A stretch of DNA of 64,000 nt from Clostridiales bacterium. GTDB lineage: Bacteria; Bacillota; Clostridia; Saccharofermentanales; Saccharofermentanaceae. The notes under the pieces were generated by a model. That model had not been told where the DNA came from. It searched no databases and saw only the letters and a program-made list of their open reading frames with translations. The stretch spans positions 64,001 through 128,000 of the forward strand of contig JAFWDK010000015.1 of assembly GCA_017513085.1 (NCBI GenBank), written 5' to 3'. Positions 49,101-58,569 of the stretch are shown here, piece by piece. Position 1 is the first letter of the stretch; each line of letters starts with the position of its first letter. A program made the position numbers and the translations under genes.

Positions 49101-50177
49101 TTTCAGTATGTTAATGGCTGCATTTTTATCTCTGTCATGTTTGGTATGGCAGTTCGGACACTTCCAAGCTCTTACAGAAAGATTCTTTACTATCGGATTT
49201 TTATACCCGCAGATACTGCAAGTCTGAGAACTCGGGTACATCGTTGGAACCCGAACAATCTCATTCCCATACCATTCAGCTTTGTATTCAAGCATAGAAA
49301 AGAACTTTGACCATGACGTACTGGTAATATGCTTTGCCAGCTTATGGTTTCTTACCATGCCTTTTACATTCAGATCCTCGATGCAGATGGTTTGGTTTTC
49401 GCGCAAAAGCATCGTAGATGTCTTCTGTAAAAAGTCATTTCTCTGGTTTGTGATCTTTTCGTGTACTCTTGCAACACGGATACGCTGTTTGTTTCTGTTA
49501 TTCGAACCTTTCTGTTTTCTGGAAAGACGGCGCTGCTCACGGACAAGTTTCTTTTCGGTCTTTTCTAGATACTTCGGATTCTCTATAGTATTCCCGTTAC
49601 TGTCAGAAAAGAAGTCTTTGATCCCTACATCTATCCCGACGACGCACCCCGCATTAGGGCGGTCTTCCGGTTCAAAGTCAACATTTAATACTGCAAAGTA
49701 TTTCCCTGTCGGTGTTTTTTCAACAGTTACATTATGGATATGTCCGACCGGCATAGACTGTTTTATCCTCACATATCCGAGCTTGGGAAGTTTTAAGTAT
49801 TTCCCGGCAAAACGGATGTTGTCCTGCTGGTTGATCGTTCTATACGACTGATGGTTATCGTGTTTGCTTTTAAACTTCGGGTAAAAAGAACGATGTGAAA
49901 AGAAATTTTTGAATGCAGTATCCAGGTCACGAAGGGACTGCTGAAGCGAGATCGAATCCACTTCCTTAAGAAATGAAAAATCTTCCTGAAGTTTTATGGT
50001 AGTCAGCATGGATGATGTCTGCTTGTATCCGCATCTCTGTCCTTGTTCGTAAGACGTCTTTCTCATATCCAAGCCCTTGTTGTAGATCAGGCGCACACAG
50101 CCGAGCGTTCGGTCAATGAGGGAGCGCTGGCTTTTACTTGGATATATACGAAACTTTACGCCTTTTTGCATATTCAC
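49062..50177 (-). CDS. tnpB: RNA-guided endonuclease TnpB
   Basis: KFRIYP HTH, RuvC GIDVG / IEDL / DRDKNAAINI, Zn finger CSICG..CPNC. Confidence 0.95.
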   Translation of the reverse strand: MNMQKGVKFRIYPSKSQRSLIDRTLGCVRLIYNKGLDMRKTSYEQGQRCGYKQTSSMLTTIKLQEDFSFLKEVDSISLQQSLRDLDTAFKNFFSHRSFYPKFKSKHDNHQSYRTINQQDNIRFAGKYLKLPKLGYVRIKQSMPVGHIHNVTVEKTPTGKYFAVLNVDFEPEDRPNAGCVVGIDVGIKDFFSDSNGNTIENPKYLEKTEKKLVREQRRLSRKQKGSNNRNKQRIRVARVHEKITNQRNDFLQKTSTMLLRENQTICIEDLNVKGMVRNHKLAKHITSTSWSKFFSMLEYKAEWYGNEIVRVPTMYPSSQTCSICGYKNPIVKNLSVRAWKCPNCHTKHDRDKNAAINILKMGMLMTANNLVG

Positions 50178-50575
50178 GGCCTCGTTTTTTGAGTATCTAC
50201 ATACCTTTTTATCGTTTCTGAACTTACTTTACCGGCTGTGCTTACGAAGTAGCTTCGTGTCCACAAACTCGGCATAGCCTTAAGCTTTGAAAATTCCTTG
50301 CGAAGCTCTTTTGAAGATGCACCTTTGATATATTTCATGATGTCAGGAACACTCATAGTAGGTAATACACTGACAAAAATGTGTACATGATCAACATGAC
50401 ATTCCAAAGCCAGGATTTCTATGCCACGTTTTTCGCATTCTATCCTCGTAAGTTCTTTAAAACGCTCTTCAACACCGTCTATTGAAAAAATCTTTCGTCT
50501 GTACCTTGGACAGAAAACAAAATGGTAGTTGAGAAGAGATACTGTGGTCTTTGTATGTTTATATCCGTAATCCAT
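50174..50575 (-). CDS. tnpA: Y1 HUH transposase TnpA
   Basis: YHFVFCPRYRR, DHVHIF, LWTRSYFVST, YVDTQ. Confidence 0.95.
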   Translation of the reverse strand: MDYGYKHTKTTVSLLNYHFVFCPRYRRKIFSIDGVEERFKELTRIECEKRGIEILALECHVDHVHIFVSVLPTMSVPDIMKYIKGASSKELRKEFSKLKAMPSLWTRSYFVSTAGKVSSETIKRYVDTQKTRP

Positions 50576-50678
50576 GAATATATTATATCACATTGTAGAT
50601 GTATTTTCATGACATATCTACAAAATGTCAGGGCTTTCATCCCACGGTTAAAACCGTGGGTTTTCCCGCCCGTTCACT

Positions 50679-50704
50679 ATAATGCTCACCAGGAAGGCGA
50701 TCAT
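50679..50704 (-). pseudogene. 5' end of the interrupted flavodoxin gene
   Basis: ATG ATC GCC TTC CTG GTG AGC ATT AT joins C TAT ACA TCA in frame; the ATG overlaps the upstream GNAT stop (ATGA). Confidence 0.7.
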
Positions 50705-51171
50705 TCAATAGTCAGACTACAATTATATCGGACCACAGATCCATTCGGGTACTCGACGACAACTCTTTCCGCTTCAAAACCACTTTTCCGGTAGAATCCG
50801 ATCGCATCGTCATCTGTCTGCGCCGTGATCCTCTTGAGGTGCTCAGTTTCCATCACCTGATATATCATTTCTTTTCCGACACCCTTTTCCCACAGATCTT
50901 TTCTCACAGCAATCCCCAGGATCTCCGCCTCGACACCCGTTTCAGACCCCGTCGCTGCTTCTGTCTCTTTCAGCACCAGAATACCGGCTTTTTCGCCATC
51001 CATATCACATACGAAGATCTTCACAGACGGATCCGATAAAAACTTCTCCATCAGCGCTTTGTAATCTTCATAAGTCGGCTGATACATGCAAGGCGCATAA
51101 ATCAGAAACGCCTCCTCGGAAGTCAGCCAACTCTTATCCATACAGCGTCTGCTTTCACAAGTCTTTTTCAT
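50701..51171 (-). CDS. GNAT N-acetyltransferase
   Basis: GIAV..LWEKGVG, TDDDAIGFYRKSGF. Confidence 0.85.
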   Translation of the reverse strand: MKKTCESRRCMDKSWLTSEEAFLIYAPCMYQPTYEDYKALMEKFLSDPSVKIFVCDMDGEKAGILVLKETEAATGSETGVEAEILGIAVRKDLWEKGVGKEMIYQVMETEHLKRITAQTDDDAIGFYRKSGFEAERVVVEYPNGSVVRYNCSLTIE

Positions 51172-51649
51172 AGCTCACTTCTCGTATACTCTTGCCGCCA
51201 ATCGAATCATCACGCACCTCGGATGCCAATTGAAATCCCATTCTTTCATAGAAATCTCTGGCATTCGTATTCTCTTCCAGCACCCAAAGCATTACTTTCT
51301 TATATCCCATTTGCTTGAGCTCGGCTAACGCTTTTTCCATCAACTGTCTTCCGTAACCGCGCCCCACATATTCCGGCAAAAGATAGATGGATATCACTTC
51401 ACCATAACCCGGGAACGCATCAAATCTCGATTCGCAGAAACTGCTGGTTCCGACGATCTTTCCATCTTCAACACATACCAGTGTATGCCAACTAGGATTA
51501 TCCACCTTCGCCGCCCATCTTCCGGATGGAATGCTATCCAGATAATCCTGCGGAATGATTCCTTTATATGCAGACTTCCAGCTCTGCTCATAGACATTGC
51601 TGATCTCCAGTCTATCATCTGTCTTATCGATATACCGTACTGTACTCAC
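51155..51649 (-). CDS. GNAT N-acetyltransferase
   Basis: IYLLPEYVGRGYG, LWVLEENTNARDFYERMGF; GTG start after GGAGGTG. Confidence 0.9.
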   Translation of the reverse strand: MSTVRYIDKTDDRLEISNVYEQSWKSAYKGIIPQDYLDSIPSGRWAAKVDNPSWHTLVCVEDGKIVGTSSFCESRFDAFPGYGEVISIYLLPEYVGRGYGRQLMEKALAELKQMGYKKVMLWVLEENTNARDFYERMGFQLASEVRDDSIGGKSIREVSYEKDL

Positions 51650-51754
51650 GCCGCACCTCCATCCATAACATAGTGCAATATTTGCGTTCCGAATGCAATA
51701 CGATATACCAAGTCGACACATCTGTTGACAAATGCACCCTCATCAGCGACGTAT

Positions 51755-52384
51755 TCAGCGACTTTTGCAAATAATCTGCGAATTTGGATCTGCAGCCCTG
51801 ATCGCCCCAGACGCGTGGATCCGGACAACGCGGTTTTCATCTGTCTCAGAAAGCTTCTGCAGTTCAGAAATGTACGGCCGCACAAACTCCGGTCTTCTTT
51901 TCCCGAGGACGCGGAAGATCTCCGGCGCTTCCATCCTGACTTTGTCATCCTCATCTTTTAGAAGTTTCGCAAATACCGGGATATGTTCCGCATAGATGTC
52001 CGGCGTGTTCGTCGCTATATTTTCAGAAGCCCAGATAAAACTGAGCCGGACCTTCGGATCCGCATCCTCCGAAAAACAAAACATTTCTTTCCAATACATC
52101 TCGATATTGGAAAAGCACCCGCGCCCGATCCTTCCGAGTGCATTCACCGCACGCTCTCGAAGAAGCGGTTCTGAGCTTTTACAGAAGGAATAGATCGATG
52201 GGACAACGTCCGAAATCAGGTGGGGATACACAAGCCCGATCTCCCCGAGCATCCAGATCGTCTTTGCTTTTATCTTCGTGGATTTATGAGTAAGAAGTGT
52301 GGAAAGATAGGGTATACTCTCCGGCCAATATTCCTTCTCTTTTGTAAGTTTTCCGAGTTCTTTGTAAAGTTCTGATTCAGTCAA
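51755..52384 (-). CDS. HEAT-repeat protein
   Basis: Repeats LRERAVNALGRIG, DPKVR, DEDDKVRMEA; probable TTG start after AAAGGAG. Confidence 0.8.
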   Translation of the reverse strand: MTESELYKELGKLTKEKEYWPESIPYLSTLLTHKSTKIKAKTIWMLGEIGLVYPHLISDVVPSIYSFCKSSEPLLRERAVNALGRIGRGCFSNIEMYWKEMFCFSEDADPKVRLSFIWASENIATNTPDIYAEHIPVFAKLLKDEDDKVRMEAPEIFRVLGKRRPEFVRPYISELQKLSETDENRVVRIHASGAIRAADPNSQIICKSR

Positions 52385-52428
52385 GTCCGTTCTCCTTTTC
52401 GAAGAGACATTCGACTTCCGATCTGAAC

Positions 52429-52929
52429 TCACAGTTGTCTTAATGTCTCTTTCTCCATTTCGATGATATGGATCATGCGGTCGATGGCGCAGATGCCGGA
52501 ATACGGGATCTTATGCGCCAGCATCTGCTCTTTATTCGCTTTCGTCCCGGCTTCGTATTCGTCCAGGATCGCCTGTCTTTTTTTCTTCTCGGTTTCCAGT
52601 TCTTTCTTAGTAAGCACATCGGAGAAGATCACGGCCAGGCAGAACCAGACGGAATCATAATCGACCCTCTCGAAAAGATCGCAAATCGTCTTCTTCAGTT
52701 CTTTTCGCCCGGCATCGGTAATACAATACACTGCCTTATTCTCGGCCTCTCCCGTATCCTCGATCAAGCCCTTTTTCTGAAGCCGGATGCAGGTCTCATA
52801 GAGCGTCGTCGCGCCAATCGGAAGCCAGTATTTCATGTTCATCTGATCGATGACCTTCAGCATGTCATACGCATTTTTCTCGCCCTTGGTCAGGATCCCC
52901 ATGATCACTATGGATGTTTTCGACAGCAT
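52429..52929 (-). CDS. PadR-family regulator
   Basis: NAYDMLK, TLYE..RLQKKGLI, YCITDAGR. Confidence 0.88.
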   Translation of the reverse strand: MLSKTSIVIMGILTKGEKNAYDMLKVIDQMNMKYWLPIGATTLYETCIRLQKKGLIEDTGEAENKAVYCITDAGRKELKKTICDLFERVDYDSVWFCLAVIFSDVLTKKELETEKKKRQAILDEYEAGTKANKEQMLAHKIPYSGICAIDRMIHIIEMEKETLRQL

Positions 52930-53668
52930 TTCTCTTACTCCTTCTTCTCCGGTACCAAAACCATATCACGATCAGAAGCCAGATGATCAGGGCAAACACG
53001 AACGACTCGACACTCTTGATCCCGTCACCTGCTTCCGAAGATATTATAACATCCCAGAGCGCGCCCACTCCCCAGAAAAACGGAAAAATGACCAGCATAT
53101 TCCGGGTGATGTAGAATACTGCGGAGTACATCAGGCCGACCAGGAACAGATGCAGGAACTCCGGCTGGAATCCGGCATGATGAAATGAGTAAAAAGCACT
53201 GGTCAGTAAGATCGCCGGAATAATGCCGAATGCTTTTTCGAAGCTCATGCGAAGGAAACCGTAGATAAACAGCATCTCGAAGATGCCGGCCGTGAGTATA
53301 TACACCGCCGCATACAGATTTTTCTTCTGCAAAAGCACTGTTCCCTCGGGGATCCCGTCTCCCATGAACATGGCCAGAAGCCCTGCTGCAAAAAGGGTGT
53401 CCAGCAGAAGGCTCAGCTTGATCTTTTTCTTCGAAAAGCCGATGTCCGAGAGGACCTCTTTTCCTTTCTTATCCACATACATCGATACGAAAACGATGCC
53501 CAGTCCGAAGATCATGACTACATCCCGAAGGAGAAAAGACACGATCGTATCCCTCATCGAATCCCCCGAGAAAGGGAGCATCAGAAGGCTCAGGCCGATC
53601 ATCAGAAGCCCTGCAGCAACGGCAATCCACGTATCCCGGGTCACTTTCATCTTAAATAGTTCTTTCAC
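52865..53668 (-). CDS. CPBP-family intramembrane protease
   Basis: FEMLFIYGFLR, FYSFHH, multiple TM helices; tail overlaps padR. Confidence 0.75.
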   Translation of the reverse strand: MKELFKMKVTRDTWIAVAAGLLMIGLSLLMLPFSGDSMRDTIVSFLLRDVVMIFGLGIVFVSMYVDKKGKEVLSDIGFSKKKIKLSLLLDTLFAAGLLAMFMGDGIPEGTVLLQKKNLYAAVYILTAGIFEMLFIYGFLRMSFEKAFGIIPAILLTSAFYSFHHAGFQPEFLHLFLVGLMYSAVFYITRNMLVIFPFFWGVGALWDVIISSEAGDGIKSVESFVFALIIWLLIVIWFWYRRRRSKRNAVENIHSDHGDPDQGREKCV

Positions 53669-53712
53669 GAAAACAATCACCTCATATCAGGAGAATCACT
53701 TGCACATACATT

Positions 53713-53769
53713 TACTACGTATGCGTAGTATCGTGAGAGAATAATACCACGTATACGTAGTAATGTAAA
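53713..53769 (-). promoter_or_regulatory. Promoter with two 18-bp palindromic operators 32 bp apart (probably PadR sites)
   Basis: TACTACGTATGCGTAGTA (53713-53730) and TACCACGTATACGTAGTA (53745-53762); TTTACA-17-TATTAT on minus. Confidence 0.75.
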
Positions 53770-53798
53770 TACCCATTTTGAGATGATTTCTAAACAGC

Positions 53799-54470
53799 TT
53801 AGCTGACCAGACCACCATGGAACACGCATTCATAGACTTTCGTGTCATTGAGATAGATCTCTTCGTAGCCCTGAAACCAGGTAAAATCACCGGTGACTTT
53901 GCATCGGTATGTGTACTCTCCCGACTGGATAATCTCCGGTCCTCTATAGGGCATATTCTTATCTGCGGCACGAAGCGCTTCTTTCAGGAAATTCCCGCTG
54001 AACCCGTCGCCGAGAACCCTTCCCATATAGTTCATCGCGTAGACCGTGGCGCCATCTTTCCAGATGGCTTCTTCACCTGCAAACTTCTCGCCTCCGACAT
54101 ATGTGTCATGGTACATATACCTTCCGTTCTCGTAACGGAAATCGTGGGACGCCGGTCTTGTCGGATCCGCCTCGTTCATAAAAGCCGCATAGGTATTGAC
54201 GTTTGCTTCGAGCCGGAAGGAGATCAGTTCATCGAGATCCGGATCGTCATATGCCTTGATACTCATGGCGCATTCCTGGTCCTTCACCAGATAGTCCACG
54301 CTGACATTCATCAGCTCGCTGATCTGGATCAGGTTGGCAATATCCGGGTACACCTGCCCCGACTCCCATTTCGCCACGGCCTGTCTTGACACACCCAGTT
54401 TCTCGCTCAGCGCCTCCTGCGTATATCCTTTGTTCTTTCTCAATATCTGAAGTTTCTCGGAAAAGATCAT
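53799..54470 (-). CDS. XRE HTH regulator with DUF5680-like C-terminal domain
   Basis: TQEALSEKLGVSRQAVAKWESG; YHDTYVGG..FAGEE, MNYMG, PYRGP, FHGG. Confidence 0.82.
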   Translation of the reverse strand: MIFSEKLQILRKNKGYTQEALSEKLGVSRQAVAKWESGQVYPDIANLIQISELMNVSVDYLVKDQECAMSIKAYDDPDLDELISFRLEANVNTYAAFMNEADPTRPASHDFRYENGRYMYHDTYVGGEKFAGEEAIWKDGATVYAMNYMGRVLGDGFSGNFLKEALRAADKNMPYRGPEIIQSGEYTYRCKVTGDFTWFQGYEEIYLNDTKVYECVFHGGLVS

Positions 54471-54673
54471 GCTTCTCACCTCCGAAAACAATATACTTGA
54501 CGGCGGCCGCTTCCACCACCAATCGGCAGTTGCAGTTCTGCTACCTTCATTATACAGAACATATATCTCCTCGGCGATGAATCTTAGATGGATGGATCTG
54601 AAATAGTATAATGTAATCAGTATACGAAGAAAAAAGGATCCGGCTGCTCCCCGACAGTTCTTTTCAACGGGGA

Positions 54674-54710
54674 AATGTCCCGCTTATCCGCAAGAATGTC
54701 CTTCTTATCC
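54674..54710 (+). promoter_or_regulatory. Direct repeats with 21-bp period, candidate LytTR binding site
   Basis: AATGTCCCGCTTATCC / AATGTCCTTCTTATCC upstream of the lytTR gene. Confidence 0.65.
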
Positions 54711-54768
54711 ATTATTCGTTGAACATGGCCGAGAAATACGATAATCTCAGCCTGACGGAGAAAAAAAC

Positions 54769-55221
54769 ATGAAACTGTTTGTGAAAGAAAAGTGTGATGT
54801 AAAAGAAACCGAAGTGGAGATCCGTTGCAGGATCCGCGACAGAGAAGTCGATGATCTGATCGCGGGGATCAAAAATGCAGGGAGCTTCATCATCGGTGAA
54901 AAAGAGAATGGCGATCTTTGTCAGGTACCTGTCGTCAGGATCTTCTATTTCGAGGCGATCGAGGGAAAGGTATTTGCCTATCTCGAGAAAGAGATCGTCA
55001 AGATCAGAAGTGCTTTGTACGAAGTAGAGAGCACTTACCGGAGCAATCATTTCGTGCGCATCTCCAAGTCAGCAGTCGTTAATTTGAGAATGATCACAAA
55101 CATCCGGCCGGAAGAAGGGCGACGCGTGAGGATCGAACTGAGGAACCAGGAATCCCTCATTGTTTCGAAAAACTACGTCAGCGACCTGAAGAAGGCCATA
55201 GGCATGAAGGAGGGCAAATAA
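54769..55221 (+). CDS. Stand-alone LytTR-family regulator
   Basis: IFYFEA, FVRISKSAVVNL, VSKNY. Confidence 0.9.
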   Translation: MKLFVKEKCDVKETEVEIRCRIRDREVDDLIAGIKNAGSFIIGEKENGDLCQVPVVRIFYFEAIEGKVFAYLEKEIVKIRSALYEVESTYRSNHFVRISKSAVVNLRMITNIRPEEGRRVRIELRNQESLIVSKNYVSDLKKAIGMKEGK

Positions 55222-55676
55222 TGAACAAGATCATATCTTCTTTTCAAAAAGCTCTTTCCACCTGTGTTTGTGCATTCTCATTGTGCATCATCATTCTGGC
55301 CTTTGTATCGTATGGAACAGGAAAACTGCTCTCTCCTGATAATATCTTTATCCTGACATGGATGTTCTTGTGCATAGTTATCATCCGCACACTGTATCTA
55401 TCTTTGGAAGGAACAAAAAGGATTGGAAGAATTCCATACTGGATCAAGAGACTGATCGCTCTTCCCTTCTATCTGGGAGTTACCGTGATTGGTATTAAGA
55501 ATCTGGCGTGTCTTGAAAACACTTACAAAACAAATCTGATATTCATTATTGGCGTGTTTGGAATCGTCTATTTCATCGCCTCAACGATCCGGTATTTCAT
55601 CGAAAGAAAGAAAACCGATGCAATGACCGATGCACTACTTAAGATCCAGAAGGAGATAGAGAAAGAAAATGAATAA
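55221..55676 (+). CDS. DUF3021-like 4-TM membrane partner of LytTR
   Basis: 4 TM helices, coupled to lytTR, C-term MTDALLKIQK. Confidence 0.65.
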   Translation: MNKIISSFQKALSTCVCAFSLCIIILAFVSYGTGKLLSPDNIFILTWMFLCIVIIRTLYLSLEGTKRIGRIPYWIKRLIALPFYLGVTVIGIKNLACLENTYKTNLIFIIGVFGIVYFIASTIRYFIERKKTDAMTDALLKIQKEIEKENE

Positions 55677-56190
55677 GACAATGAAGAGTGTATTATTCGG
55701 CGGCGGTATCGCCCTGGTCATCGGTCTGACCGTATTGTTCGGGTACTTGGGTTTTCATGGCAAGAAAGTGAAAAACCGCTTGAATCTGTCCTATACGGAC
55801 AAGGTCGAAATGAAAGACGGGAAACTTGACGCGACCCGTTCGAGCGTGGAGTTTTACAATGAATCAGGAACAAACTATAAAGTAATGCTCAAGTGGGGAA
55901 ACCGTTCTGAAAAATACAGTTTCCTTACCATGACCAAGATCGTCGCACCTAGTGGAAAAGCAGAAGCCTGGACTTCCGGTGACTGGGGAGAATGCGAGAT
56001 GGAGTTCGAACTGACAGAAACAGGAGACTATACGATTATTAGTGAATACTACTGCACAGAAGAAGAATTTGAAGAAGCTTGTAAAAGTTTGGATCCGAAC
56101 TTTACGCTTGAAGGCAACACCTTTGTTTTCACGGGTGAAGACGGAAGCTGGGAGCAAAGGATCGATGTAAAACTGGTCGTATCGAAATAA
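55669..56190 (+). CDS. Membrane-anchored hypothetical protein
   Basis: N-terminal TM helix and a beta-rich domain. Confidence 0.7.
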   Translation: MNKTMKSVLFGGGIALVIGLTVLFGYLGFHGKKVKNRLNLSYTDKVEMKDGKLDATRSSVEFYNESGTNYKVMLKWGNRSEKYSFLTMTKIVAPSGKAEAWTSGDWGECEMEFELTETGDYTIISEYYCTEEEFEEACKSLDPNFTLEGNTFVFTGEDGSWEQRIDVKLVVSK

Positions 56191-56241
56191 AAAAGCTCAT
56201 TTCTTATCGACATCAAATATCCACTCATCTTGGAGGTAAAT

Positions 56242-56802
56242 ATGGAACGCAAGATCAAAGCCGGCTTGCGTGTGGTACCTGTCGTCCTTTTCGTGCTGTT
56301 ACTCTACGTATTTCTGCACGAAAGCGGGCATACCATCGTAGCACTTTCTGCCGGATCAAAAATCACCGAATTCGAACTTATTTCATTAAAGCCACATATG
56401 AATTTTGAAGGAGGAAACTATGATCTTTTCAGCACCTTATGGCTTCATGCAAACGGCTCGTTGCTACCTCTTTTCGTATCGTATATTGTTGCATTCACAT
56501 ACAGAAAAGAAATACAGAACTTTTTCTATCACGCCTTCTGCTTCCTTTTCTGTGTCACGACCACGTTATCGTTCCTCGTTTGGGTCGTCCTCCCGTTAAT
56601 GTACATGAACGGCTATATGGATAACGGAGAAGACGTTTGTAAATGTGCGGATCTTTTCAACATGTATTACGATCCATGGATCATAAGTGTGGTCGCACTT
56701 CTTCTCGTCGGGCTTGGCGCTTTATTGATCTTTTGGAAAGGGATCCCCCGACAGTTTTTCGCCCGCGTGAAAAAGCTCTTGAAGAAGAAAAACGTCACCT
56801 GA
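56242..56802 (+). CDS. M50-family (site-2) metallopeptidase-like membrane protein
   Basis: LHESGH, ANGSL, TM helices; RBS GGAGGT. Confidence 0.75.
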   Translation: MERKIKAGLRVVPVVLFVLLLYVFLHESGHTIVALSAGSKITEFELISLKPHMNFEGGNYDLFSTLWLHANGSLLPLFVSYIVAFTYRKEIQNFFYHAFCFLFCVTTTLSFLVWVVLPLMYMNGYMDNGEDVCKCADLFNMYYDPWIISVVALLLVGLGALLIFWKGIPRQFFARVKKLLKKKNVT

Positions 56803-56813
56803 TCTTCCGCCTT

Positions 56814-58541
56814 TTAATCTTCCGCCTGCCTGTTCATGTGCGCATAGCTTCCGCCGTTTTTCATCAGTTCTTCATGTGTGCCGCGCTCCACGATCTTTCC
56901 GTTTTCGATCACGATGATCTGATCTGCATTCCGGATAGTTGAGAGACGGTGCGCAATGGCGATGATCGTCCTTTTTCCTGCGATTCCGGAAATGGCATTC
57001 TGGATCTGGCGTTCCGTCTCCACATCCACCGAAGCCGTCGCCTCATCCAGAATGATGATCGGCGACTTCCGAAGAATGGCGCGGGAGATGGCCACCCGCT
57101 GTTTCTGACCGCCGGAAAGGCGCAGTCCGCGCTCGCCGACCAGCGTGTCGTACTGATCCGGCATCTCCATAATGTCCTTATGGATGTTGGCCGCTTTTGC
57201 CGCCTCCATAATGTCCTCGCGACTGGCATCCGGAACCGCGTATCCGATGTTTTCCGCAATCGTGCCGTTGAATAAAAACGTATCCTGAAGGACAGGTGAG
57301 ATATTCTGTCTTAAGCTGTCGATGGTGATGTCATTGAGGTCATGACCATCGATCCGGATCTTTCCTTCCGTGGGTTCATAGAATCTCGAGATCAGCCTTG
57401 TCAGTGTAGTCTTTCCCACACCGGTCGGGCCGACGATAGCCAGCATTTTTCCCGGTTCACAGGTAAAAGAAACATCATCCAGGATCTTTCCACCGGTCTC
57501 ATACGAGAAGCTTACATGATCAAATTCGATTTCCCCCTTCGCATCCTCAAGCGGAGTCGCTTCTTTCGTATCCTTGATCTCGCACGGTGCATCCAATACA
57601 GAGATCACTCTTTCCGCGCCGGCCAGCGACTGCTGCATGTTCTCCAGAAGATTGGCCAGGCCCGTCACCGGGGCATAGAATAACGCGAGATAAAGAAGGA
57701 ATGCCACGACATCTTCCACGGAAAGGCCATCCTTATAGGCCAGATATCCGCCAAAAGCCACGACCAGGATCGTTCCGAGAGAAGAGATAAACTCCACGGT
57801 CGGATGGAAGATCGCACTGATCTTCAGTGCTTTTAACATGGCACGGATATGCTCGAAGTTCTTCTCGTCCACACGCTCCGTTTCGTATTCTTCCCTTCCG
57901 AAAGACTGGATCTCCTGGATCCCGGAAAGATTGTCCTGAAGTTTGCCGTTCAGCTCGCCCATCTTCTTCTGCGAGACCTTGAAAAAGGGTCGGACCTTCT
58001 TCGAGAAGATGATTCCGGATATAAAAATCAGCGGCAGAGGAGCGCAGGTGATCAGAGCCAGTTTCCAGTTGATAATGAGCAAAACGGCCAAAACTCCGAG
58101 GAATGTAACAATGTTCGTTATGGTTTCCGGGATCATATGCGCGTAGAGAAGTTCGAAATCTCTCGTGTCGTTGACGATACGGCTCATGAGATCGCCGGTC
58201 TGTTTATCGTGAAAATATCCGATGTGCATCCGCTCGAGCTTATCGTATGTCCGCGTGCGAAGATCCCCGACCAGATACCAGGCCGCCTTATGGGCGAGGT
58301 AGTTACTTAAGAAACGGAAAAGTACGCGAAAAAGGAAAAGCCCGACAAGTATCAGAGTTAAGATCCGGATCCTTGAAAGCCCCGCATCCGTGACTCCGGC
58401 ACTGACGATACCGGTCATCTCCGACATCACTTTCGGTGCCGCTAGATTCACTAAGGTCAGAAGAAGTGTAGATAGGATCGCGATGACATATAAAGCCTTA
58501 TACTTCAGCGCTTCCCGACTCAATCTCAGTAACATCTTCAT
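56814..58541 (-). CDS. ABC exporter, fused permease/ATPase
   Basis: GPTGVGKTT, LSGGQKQR, ILDEAT, AHRLST. Confidence 0.93.
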   Translation of the reverse strand: MKMLLRLSREALKYKALYVIAILSTLLLTLVNLAAPKVMSEMTGIVSAGVTDAGLSRIRILTLILVGLFLFRVLFRFLSNYLAHKAAWYLVGDLRTRTYDKLERMHIGYFHDKQTGDLMSRIVNDTRDFELLYAHMIPETITNIVTFLGVLAVLLIINWKLALITCAPLPLIFISGIIFSKKVRPFFKVSQKKMGELNGKLQDNLSGIQEIQSFGREEYETERVDEKNFEHIRAMLKALKISAIFHPTVEFISSLGTILVVAFGGYLAYKDGLSVEDVVAFLLYLALFYAPVTGLANLLENMQQSLAGAERVISVLDAPCEIKDTKEATPLEDAKGEIEFDHVSFSYETGGKILDDVSFTCEPGKMLAIVGPTGVGKTTLTRLISRFYEPTEGKIRIDGHDLNDITIDSLRQNISPVLQDTFLFNGTIAENIGYAVPDASREDIMEAAKAANIHKDIMEMPDQYDTLVGERGLRLSGGQKQRVAISRAILRKSPIIILDEATASVDVETERQIQNAISGIAGKRTIIAIAHRLSTIRNADQIIVIENGKIVERGTHEELMKNGGSYAHMNRQAED

Positions 58542-58569
58542 GATTCTTCCCCCTTAACCGGGCAATTTT

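Larger units (their letters stand above)
48954..50678 (-). mobile_element. Complete IS200/IS605-family element (IS605 group), 1725 bp
   Basis: Follows target TTAT; left-end AAAA-CCCACGG-TTTTAA-CCGTGGG hairpin; right end GAAT-CCCACGGC-TTTA-GCCGTGCGG-AGTGTCAA; no TSD; tnpA+tnpB; lower GC. Confidence 0.95.

Noticed and set aside
48954-50678. IStron (group I intron-IS chimera) or target-site duplication
   Set aside because: The left end is only about 100 bp from tnpA, leaving no room for a ribozyme; IS200/IS605 elements make no TSD and none is seen
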